DNA from: Candidatus Eiseniibacteriota bacterium
Lineage (GTDB): Bacteria; Eisenbacteria; RBG-16-71-46; CAIMUX01; VGJL01
Assembly: GCA_041946735.1 (NCBI GenBank)
Contig: JBHGAY010000002.1
Coordinates: 128,001-192,000, forward strand
Reading direction: 5' to 3'
Length of the DNA stretch: 64,000 nt
Positions 41,315 through 49,025 of this stretch are shown piece after piece. The notes under the pieces were generated by a model. That model was not told where the DNA came from, ran no database searches, and worked only from the letters and a program-made list of their open reading frames with translations. The stretch's first letter is position 1; the number at the start of each line of letters is the position of its first letter. The translations under genes and the position numbers were made by a program.

Positions 41315-43606
41315 TCAGCCGCGACGCGGCCCGAGCCCGACCAGGAAGAGCAGCCCCGCGAGCGCCCACTGCCCCAGGCGGAGCATGCGGCGCAATCGGC
41401 TTTCCACGCCCTGCACCACGAGCTTGTGCGGCCCGGCGTCGACGTGCAGCTGGATTCCCCCAAGCGGAGCCGGCTCCCAAGGCCAAGCCCTTCCGTCGAG
41501 CCGGACCTCGGTGAATGGGTAGTCGTTGCGAGCCAGCCGGACCGTCGCGGCGCCGACGTCCGGCAGGTCCACCTCGAGCCGGTTGGGCAGGACGACGGCG
41601 CGCGCGTCGGCCACAGGACTCGGCCGCGCCTGCTCGAGCCACGCGATCTGCTCCTCGACGAGACGTCGCGCGTCCGCGGCCGGAAGTCCCTCCACGCCGA
41701 GCGGAATCTCCGGAATCGGGGGAGGCGGAGGTCCCCCCGGCTGCAGAACCGACACGATCGAAGCGTGCTCGACCCGGTACGCCGGAACGTCCGGGTCGAG
41801 GACGAAGCCCCGGGAACCGATCCCAGCCAGCGTCGCCGGCCCGGTCGGGCGGCTGAGCACGACGTAACGGACTCCGTGGAAAGCGAGGAGGTCGAGCAGC
41901 GGCGGCTCCGGGGACCGGCCGGCCGCGAGCGCCTGCGCGAGCGTGTCCGCGAGCACCGCGGCGTAGGCGAAACTCCGGGGCGCCCCCTGGATGAACGGCC
42001 CTCCCACGCTCGGCACAGGCCGCGTCGGCGCGAACTCCCACAGGCTCGCGTGCGGCCTGCCTTCGACGTCGACGGGCAGCTCGAGGAAGCGTCCGTTCGT
42101 CAACCGTCCCTGGAGCGCCGCATAGACCCGGTCGCGCCCCTCCCCGTGAGTTCCGTAGGTGGTGACCATCTGCAGCGGCGCAAGGTCGAGGAGGACGACC
42201 AGGATCGTCAGCGGGAAGACGATCCGCCGTGGCAGGAGAATCTGGCGGGAGCCGGGCGCCCGCCTCACGATGCCCGCCGCGCTCAGACATCCGCCGAAGA
42301 GGACGAGGTCGAGGCCGCGCCCCGCGGGACGGACGAGCAGCCACGGCACGACGAGCAGGATCGCCAGCGGAATCGCTCCGATCCCCCTTGCGCCCGCCTT
42401 TCGGTCGAAGGCGGCGCGCACGATCCCCCCGATGGCGAGGAGGCCGGTGGAGAGGCCGAGATACCCCTTGCCGTAGGGGTTCCAGCGAAACGCATCGACG
42501 ATCTCGCCGAGGCGCGGGGCCGCAACGCGGAGGCCCGCCCAGCTGGCGGGAATGGGATTGCTGAGGAGCGCCTCCTCCCGGGCGAGCGGGACGATGAATG
42601 CGGCAGCCAGCAATCCTCCGCCGACGGTGCCGACGAGAAGGCCGGCGATCGAGGGGGCGCGCTCGCCCCGCGTCGCGGCCGTCGAGACGACGCGCAGGAT
42701 GCCGAAGGTTCCGAGGAGCACGAGCGCGAGCCGCGCCTCGCCGGTATGCGCGAGCACCAGGGCGCCGATCGAAAGCGCGAGCGCGGCGCCCGAGCGGATG
42801 CTGCCGATCCCGGTCGACACACGGTCGGCCACGAGGAAGCTCCAGGGCAGGATTGCTAGAACGAGAAGCCCGGGGAGCCGGCCGTCCCAGACCCAGGCGG
42901 CATGAAAGGCGGGGGCGAGGCCGTAGAGCAGCCCGCCGAGGAGTCCCGACCGCGGGTCGCGATGCAGGCGAGCGCAGAGCAGCGCCGCTCCCGCGCTGCC
43001 GGCAACGAGACACAGCCAGGCGAGAACCTTGGCCGCGGTCGCCGGGTCGAAGCGGAGGAAGCCGAGCAGCGCGAGCAGGATGTGCGCGAGGGGCGGGTAG
43101 TGCTGGCCGGCCGGGAATCCGTCGAACCAGAGATCGCTCCATCGCGGGAAGCTGCTCGCCCGGATCGACTCCTCCCACAGCCAGCCGCGCGCAATGTGCG
43201 TCTTCGCGTCGCCGAGCGTCGGCACCCCGCCCGAAAGGAGCGCCGCGGAGAGCACGCCGACGGCGACCAGCACGATCGCAGCGAGCATGCTCTTGCGCTG
43301 GATGAGACGGTCGGCCATCGGTCCGAACCCACCGCCGCTTCGAACCCACACGACGAAGAGGACGAAGCCCACGAACAGAGCGCCCGCGCCCACCACGGCG
43401 GGAAGGAGGATCCGCGGCGGGAGAGGCCAGAAGACGTCGACGCCCAACGTGCCGCCGGCGAGAAGCGTGTCGGCGGAGATCTGCCGCAGAAACGGCACGA
43501 CCTGCAGGGCCAGGAGCAGCCAGCCCGCCGAGAGAAAGGCGATCGGTGCGACACCCGTGACCGGGTGTCCGAGGATCGAGAGGACTCGCGGCGGCCGCTC
43601 GCTCAT
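41315..43606 (-). CDS. Polytopic membrane protein, PTPS-related/YfhO GT-C-like
   Basis: C-terminal 763 aa of ORF 41315..45271; GDAKTH...FPRWSDLWFDGFP.GQHYPPL after the N-terminal helices; many TMs; soluble C-terminal domain and a final TM. Confidence 0.75.
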   Translation of the reverse strand: MSERPPRVLSILGHPVTGVAPIAFLSAGWLLLALQVVPFLRQISADTLLAGGTLGVDVFWPLPPRILLPAVVGAGALFVGFVLFVVWVRSGGGFGPMADRLIQRKSMLAAIVLVAVGVLSAALLSGGVPTLGDAKTHIARGWLWEESIRASSFPRWSDLWFDGFPAGQHYPPLAHILLALLGFLRFDPATAAKVLAWLCLVAGSAGAALLCARLHRDPRSGLLGGLLYGLAPAFHAAWVWDGRLPGLLVLAILPWSFLVADRVSTGIGSIRSGAALALSIGALVLAHTGEARLALVLLGTFGILRVVSTAATRGERAPSIAGLLVGTVGGGLLAAAFIVPLAREEALLSNPIPASWAGLRVAAPRLGEIVDAFRWNPYGKGYLGLSTGLLAIGGIVRAAFDRKAGARGIGAIPLAILLVVPWLLVRPAGRGLDLVLFGGCLSAAGIVRRAPGSRQILLPRRIVFPLTILVVLLDLAPLQMVTTYGTHGEGRDRVYAALQGRLTNGRFLELPVDVEGRPHASLWEFAPTRPVPSVGGPFIQGAPRSFAYAAVLADTLAQALAAGRSPEPPLLDLLAFHGVRYVVLSRPTGPATLAGIGSRGFVLDPDVPAYRVEHASIVSVLQPGGPPPPPIPEIPLGVEGLPAADARRLVEEQIAWLEQARPSPVADARAVVLPNRLEVDLPDVGAATVRLARNDYPFTEVRLDGRAWPWEPAPLGGIQLHVDAGPHKLVVQGVESRLRRMLRLGQWALAGLLFLVGLGPRRG

Positions 43607-43611
43607 CCCCT

Positions 43612-45822
43612 CTATCCTGCCCTCTTCAAGAGCGGCAGAACCTGGTCCGCGGAACGGAACCCGAAGAAGCGCTCGATCTCGTTGCCGTCCCCATCGAGGA
43701 CGATCACCGTGGGCAATCCACTCACCTTCCAGCGCTCGCCCAGCGCCTGGTTCTCCGGCGATTTGCGCGTCATGTCGAGGCGCAGCGGGACGAATCGCTC
43801 CAGCTCGGCGACGACGGTCGGATGGCTCCAGGTCTTCTCGTCCAGCTCCTTGCAGGCGGCGCACCACTCGGCCGAGAAGTCGAGCAGCATCGGGCGGCCG
43901 TGCGCGCGCGCCTCGTCGAGCGCGGCCGTCTCGTCCGTCCGCCAGCTCGGCTCGGCGGAGCCGCCCGTGCCTGCGCCCGGCGAGCGGCCGGCCGCGACCA
44001 TCGCTGTTCCGGCCGGCGCCTGCCAGCCGTAGTGCCGCATCAGCCCGTTGCCCATCATGGCGATGCCGAGGACGGCGACGACGACGCCGATGCCCTTCTT
44101 CCACGAGGCGCCCTTGCCGCCATCCTCGCGGATCGGCGAGAAGGCGCCGATGTGGGTTGCGAAGAGGATCAGGAGCGCGCCGAAGGCGATCGCCGTCCCG
44201 TTGGGACCGAGCAGCGTGCGGAGGTAGTAGAGGGCGAGCGCGAAGAAGATCCAGCCGAAGTAGTGCTTCACCGTCTCCATCCATCCGCCCGCTCTCGGAA
44301 GCGCGCGCATCGCGCCGACGAAGGTGCCGAGGACGAGGAAGAGGAGCCCCAGGCCGAGGGCGAAGGTGAAGAGGAGGCCGAAGCCGTAGAACGGCCGGCC
44401 GACCTGCGCGACCCAGGTGAGCAGGACGACCAACACCGGGCCGACGCAGGGCGAAGCGACCAGGCCGGTCACGCCGCCCATGATCACCGCGCCGATCCAG
44501 CCGCCGCGGCGCGCCGTCTGCAGTTTGGTCTGGAAGCCGGAGGGGAGCGAGAGGTCGAACGCTCCCATCATCGAGGCGCCCATGAGAAGGAAGACGGCTG
44601 CGACGACGACGAGCGCGGGCGTGCTCTGGAGCGCCGCGCCGAAAATCCCGCCGCTCATGGCGGCGGCGAGGCCGAGCGCCGAGTAGACGATGGCGATCCC
44701 TAGGACGAAGAAGAGCGAGAGGACGAAACCGGAGAGCCGGCCGCGGCTCGCGCCCGCAACGTAGCCGATCGTGATCGGGATCATCGGATAGACGCACGGC
44801 GTGAAGGAGGTGAGGAAGCCGGCGAAGAAGACGAGCAGGAGGGCGACCCAGGATCCGCGCGCGAGCGCGCTGCGCAGTTTCGCGGCGAGCCCTTCCTGCA
44901 AGCCTTGACCGCCTTGGCCGCCTTGGCCGCCTTGGCCGGCGGCAGCCTCTTCGCCGGAGGAGGATGCAGAGGAGACGCCGCCCTCCGCCGGAGTCGCGCC
45001 GCCGGCCGGGCTCTGCTCGAGCCAGGCGCCTTCCCCTGCGGGAGCGGTCGCCGGCGAAGCTTCGTTGTCTTCGGTTGCTCCCTCCGGGGCCGCGACACTT
45101 TCCGAGGCGCCGGACGGCTGCTCGGTCTCGGCGCTCGCCTTCTTCGACGAGGCGGGAAAGAGCGAGGCGTTCTGCGGCGAGATCTTCGCGCCGGCCTCGA
45201 CGACCGCGAGCGCCAGCGTGATGTCGCTCTCCTCCGGCGGCCAGCAGGCATAGACCGGCCGCTCGGAGCAAGCCTGGAATCCGGCGTGGATCTTCAGCGT
45301 GCGCGGACCGGGCGAAGTCCCGGAGGGGATCGTGAGGTCGTAGAGAACGACGACCTTTCCGGTGAGGACCGGCTCGCCTTCCCAGGTCTTCGCCACGGGA
45401 AGCGCCGGGGCGGAGAGCGTGAACTTCTCCCCCTCGGCCGGCTGGGCGAACAGGAAGTCGTTGACCTGGATGTGGTAGTCCGGGGGCAGGTCGTAGACGA
45501 CCGCGATCTTCAGCGGCTTGCCGGGGACCGCGCCGTCCTGGCTCGCGAGCGCCTGGATCGGCACCTGCGGCGGACCGTCCGCTTCTCCTCCCTCGATGGC
45601 GGCAGCGGGTCCGATCCCGGCCAAGGCGAGGAGGAACAGGGCCAGGAGCGCGAGGATTGCGGCGGGCGTGCCGCTGGGAGCGATGGCGCCGATCGCGACG
45701 CCCCGGCGTCCTTCGCCGCCGGCGGGTCGTCCTCTTCCGGCGGGTCCTCGTCCTCTGCCGTTGCGTCGACTGGTTGGGTTGAAGCTAGCGAGGCCGTAGC
45801 TCCCCCCGATCCTCCGCATCAC
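43612..45822 (-). CDS. dsbD: Thiol:disulfide interchange protein DsbD
   Basis: Alpha domain FQAC-x7-CWPP; beta domain FTPCVYPMIP and SPCVGP; gamma domain AEWCAACK, GLPT. Confidence 0.93.
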   Translation of the reverse strand: MMRRIGGSYGLASFNPTSRRNGRGRGPAGRGRPAGGEGRRGVAIGAIAPSGTPAAILALLALFLLALAGIGPAAAIEGGEADGPPQVPIQALASQDGAVPGKPLKIAVVYDLPPDYHIQVNDFLFAQPAEGEKFTLSAPALPVAKTWEGEPVLTGKVVVLYDLTIPSGTSPGPRTLKIHAGFQACSERPVYACWPPEESDITLALAVVEAGAKISPQNASLFPASSKKASAETEQPSGASESVAAPEGATEDNEASPATAPAGEGAWLEQSPAGGATPAEGGVSSASSSGEEAAAGQGGQGGQGGQGLQEGLAAKLRSALARGSWVALLLVFFAGFLTSFTPCVYPMIPITIGYVAGASRGRLSGFVLSLFFVLGIAIVYSALGLAAAMSGGIFGAALQSTPALVVVAAVFLLMGASMMGAFDLSLPSGFQTKLQTARRGGWIGAVIMGGVTGLVASPCVGPVLVVLLTWVAQVGRPFYGFGLLFTFALGLGLLFLVLGTFVGAMRALPRAGGWMETVKHYFGWIFFALALYYLRTLLGPNGTAIAFGALLILFATHIGAFSPIREDGGKGASWKKGIGVVVAVLGIAMMGNGLMRHYGWQAPAGTAMVAAGRSPGAGTGGSAEPSWRTDETAALDEARAHGRPMLLDFSAEWCAACKELDEKTWSHPTVVAELERFVPLRLDMTRKSPENQALGERWKVSGLPTVIVLDGDGNEIERFFGFRSADQVLPLLKRAG

Positions 45823-46006
45823 GATCCTCCCTTCCGATCCGGGTCCCGCGCGGCGCCGGCCCGACCCTCCGTCCCCACTCCATCCCGACTCGCGGCGGCG
45901 GCCGGTCGTATTCTACGTTCGTCTTGCGCGTTCGTCATCGACTAGGTTGTCGGTCGCAGCTCTTGCTCCCCGCCCGCAAGCCGGTCGCTGCAAGCCCGTT
46001 CCGGCG

Positions 46007-47302
46007 TCAGGCCGGCTCGTCCTCCCAGGCTGCCGTCACGCCGATCGGCGCATGGTCCGACGCCCTGGTGCCCTCGGGACCCAACGAAACGCCGGTCCAG
46101 GCGGCGGAGCCCGCCGGAGAGCCGGACAGGTCGGCCGGGGCGGCCGGCGCAGCCTCCGCAGCCGCCGCCACCGCGGCCGGCGCGGGTCGCCAGGGACCCC
46201 GGGCGGCGATCCAGTCCAGCCGCATCCGAAGGACTTTGCTCTCGAGGGAGAACGCTCGCCGGAAGCGGTCGCGGAGCGGCGCCGGCAGCTGCTCGAGCTC
46301 CTCGACTCTCGACAGGACCTCCCGAACGGTCGGTTGCCGGTCGTTCCAAGGACCGAGATGGAAGCCGGACCGGGCAAGAACACGCAGCAGCGGCTCTCGC
46401 TCCCATGGATCGAGCAGCAAAGCCTCGAAGGCCGCGGGATCGGTGCGGCGCAGGCGTAGGAATTCGAGCGCCGAGGCGAGACGTCCCCCGCGACGGAAGG
46501 TGTGCGTATTCCAATCGCCGGTGAGCCAGGCCGGCCCGGCCGGGAGGGCCGCGACGGCGGCCGCGATCTGGGCGGCGCGCTGGCGAGGAGTCGAGCGCAC
46601 CTCGAGATGGGTCGTGGCGAGACGGAAGTCGCCGCGAGGATGGCGGACGGTCGCCCAGAGCACCTTGCGGACTCCGTAGCGTTTCTCGAGCGGGAAGCGG
46701 AAGTAGTCGAAGATCTCGGGCATCGCGGCGAAGCCGGCGTCGGCGAGGGGCCATCGGGAGAGCAGAGCGATGCCGTGGAGGCCGATCGCGTTCTCGCCCG
46801 GCGCTTCGCCGTCCGGTCCAGGTCCCTTGGTCAGCTCGAGGTAGTTCGCCACGAACGCGGAGTACAGACCGAGCCTCTGCCCGAGCTCGCGCGCGACGTC
46901 GCGGTTGGCAACGCGAGCCGTGCCGAGGTCGGCCTCGTTCAGAGTCCAGAGATCCGCGCCGCGCAGCTGCGGCGTCGTCTCGACCGCCTCGACGAGCCGG
47001 TCCCACGCCTTCCCTTGCTCGACGTTCCATTGGACGATACGGAGGATGCGCTCGGAAGCGGCGCCGCGTGCAGCGCCGTCGCGCGGCGCGGGTGGCGGCG
47101 CAGGCGGCCGCGGCGGAGCATGGAGACGGATCTTGCCGACCCAAGCGTCGAGCGCCGCGCCATGGCGGCGGTGGAAGGAGGACCGGCGGAAGCTCGCGAA
47201 GTCAGGCGCGGCGCGAAGGGCCGCCAGCGCCTCGCCAAGATCGAAGTCCGCCGGGAGATCGGCGGCTCGATCCGGATCAGAAGAAGTCGGGAAGCTTCCC
47301 AC
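46007..47302 (-). CDS. Endonuclease/exonuclease/phosphatase-family hydrolase (start uncertain, 47302-47356)
   Basis: RIVQWNVE, LNEAD, ALLSRWP, TTHLE, GDWN, LDWI, ASDHAPI. Confidence 0.88.
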   Translation of the reverse strand: MGSFPTSSDPDRAADLPADFDLGEALAALRAAPDFASFRRSSFHRRHGAALDAWVGKIRLHAPPRPPAPPPAPRDGAARGAASERILRIVQWNVEQGKAWDRLVEAVETTPQLRGADLWTLNEADLGTARVANRDVARELGQRLGLYSAFVANYLELTKGPGPDGEAPGENAIGLHGIALLSRWPLADAGFAAMPEIFDYFRFPLEKRYGVRKVLWATVRHPRGDFRLATTHLEVRSTPRQRAAQIAAAVAALPAGPAWLTGDWNTHTFRRGGRLASALEFLRLRRTDPAAFEALLLDPWEREPLLRVLARSGFHLGPWNDRQPTVREVLSRVEELEQLPAPLRDRFRRAFSLESKVLRMRLDWIAARGPWRPAPAAVAAAAEAAPAAPADLSGSPAGSAAWTGVSLGPEGTRASDHAPIGVTAAWEDEPA

Positions 47303-47684
47303 GCTCGCGCCGGCCGGCTCCGTTTTCGAGAAGGACAGCGGCCGTACGGTCCCCAAGATCGAACGCCGCCTCGACCGTCCCTGCGACGCGCGTCCGCTTG
47401 CCTCTCGGCGGAGCTTCGCGAGGCGTGAGGACGAGGAGGCTCTCCCCGTCGTCGGCGAGGAGGAATCCGCGGCTGCCCACCTCCGGGAGCCATCCGCTCC
47501 ACACCACCTCGCCGCGCACCGTCACGTCGCGCGCCTGGTAGCGGAACGGATCGCGCGCGACGCGCGAGGCGGGCAGGCTGCAGCCGGCGAGCAGCGCCGT
47601 TCCGGCGACGAGGAGGAGCATGCCGCGAGCGCATCCCGCGCGGCGGCGGGCGAGCGGGAGGCTTGGCGTGTCCACGCGCTTCAC
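47277..47684 (-). CDS. Small lipoprotein, OB-fold-like
   Basis: Lipobox LAGC; DP.RY..RDVTVRGEV, FLLADD, RVAGTV pattern. Confidence 0.7.
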   Translation of the reverse strand: MKRVDTPSLPLARRRAGCARGMLLLVAGTALLAGCSLPASRVARDPFRYQARDVTVRGEVVWSGWLPEVGSRGFLLADDGESLLVLTPREAPPRGKRTRVAGTVEAAFDLGDRTAAVLLENGAGRRERGKLPDFF

Positions 47685-48931
47685 GATCCGCTCGTCCCGG
47701 CGAGCCTCTCCCGCTCACGGCAGAGAGCGGAGAGGCAGGTCGAGGTCGGCCCGTAGATCGCCTCGGGGCGCGCTTGAGCTTCGCCGCCGCCGGGCTGCGG
47801 GAACGAGCCGTCGGGCGACTGGCGGTCGAGCATCGTGCGCAACGCCTCGCGATATCCGTAGCAGCCGGTCATCCCGGCAAGGCAAAGAGCGTTCGCGAGA
47901 TTCCCCGACATCTCGGCGTCCTGGAAGATCGTGTAGGTCAGCGACCAGAACGGGAGGACGCGGCGTAGGTAGGCCGACTCGGCCTCGGTGAACGGCTGCG
48001 CCGGACGCTCGTCGATCCCGGCGCGCGCGAGCACCTCCTGCGCGAGCGAAAGGACGTCCGCGCGCGAAGTCTCGACCTCGCGAGGACGGCGCAGGAGGAC
48101 GGAGCCGGCGGCCGGCGCCAAGGCGGAGGCGCCATCGCTGCCATCGCGCTCGCCCCCGGCAGCGCCAGCAGCGCCAGCGGCGCCAGCAGCGCCAGCGGCG
48201 CCAGCGGCGCCTCCGTCGCTGCGGGACCCGCCGGCGCCCCCGGCGACGCCGAGTCCCGCCGCGGCGAATCCTGCGCGATAGAGCGACGCCATCCCGGGAG
48301 GCATGCGGTCGAGCTGCGTGAGGATCGTGGGGACGAGCGGCTCGAGGACCGGAACGATCGGCGCGATGTCGACTCCGCACTGGCGGCAGCGGACCGCGAC
48401 GAGAAGAACCTCCCACGATCCCTGGAGATTGCGCTGCTGCCGGATCGCGGCGGAAAGACGCGTGGGATCGACGAAAGGACGGAGCCGCTGGAGCAGCCGC
48501 TCCCTTCGGCGCGCGGCGTCGGGTCCTCCCGCTTGCGCGAGCCGGTAGCGGGCTTCGATCTCCAAGGCGTAGATGCGCAGCCCGTTCGTCCCGCCTCCGG
48601 TGAAGAGACCGACCTCGTGCGCGTCCATCCAGGTCTCGGCGCGGGCGAGGGCGGGATCGAGCGCGTCGATGCCGGGCGCCGGATCGGGGTCGGGCAACGA
48701 GGCGCCGGATTCGCGGAGAGCGCCCGCGCGACGCTCGTCGCCGGTCGGACCCTGCCCGTCTGCGCCCGGCAGGCCGCGGGTCGCGTCGGCGATCGCGGCG
48801 GCGCGGCGCGACGCTTCGACGTTGTGGCGCACCGCGCGCGCCCCGAGGAGGATCGCGACGGGGACGGCGACCACGACGAGACCGACGAGAAAGCCGAACC
48901 ACGGGGCGCGGGTGAGCGGTTTCCCAGACAT
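47681..48931 (-). CDS. Membrane-anchored hypothetical protein with a C-terminal QW-like (alpha/alpha barrel) motif
   Basis: N-terminal TM, GAA repeat linker, LRTMLDRQSPDGSF. Confidence 0.6.
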   Translation of the reverse strand: MSGKPLTRAPWFGFLVGLVVVAVPVAILLGARAVRHNVEASRRAAAIADATRGLPGADGQGPTGDERRAGALRESGASLPDPDPAPGIDALDPALARAETWMDAHEVGLFTGGGTNGLRIYALEIEARYRLAQAGGPDAARRRERLLQRLRPFVDPTRLSAAIRQQRNLQGSWEVLLVAVRCRQCGVDIAPIVPVLEPLVPTILTQLDRMPPGMASLYRAGFAAAGLGVAGGAGGSRSDGGAAGAAGAAGAAGAAGAAGGERDGSDGASALAPAAGSVLLRRPREVETSRADVLSLAQEVLARAGIDERPAQPFTEAESAYLRRVLPFWSLTYTIFQDAEMSGNLANALCLAGMTGCYGYREALRTMLDRQSPDGSFPQPGGGEAQARPEAIYGPTSTCLSALCRERERLAGTSGS

Positions 48932-49025
48932 CGACGGTTCAGGCTACCCGCAGTCCCGAATGGGATCAATCCGATCGATCCGCCCGCGAAGGTGCCGGAG
49001 CGGGATGTTAGGATCGAGATCTGCC

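Noticed and set aside
35769..45271. Extended ORFs 35769..38411 and 41315..45271
   Set aside because: The extensions are alternative frames of the M28 and dsbD genes; real starts are 36644 and 43606.
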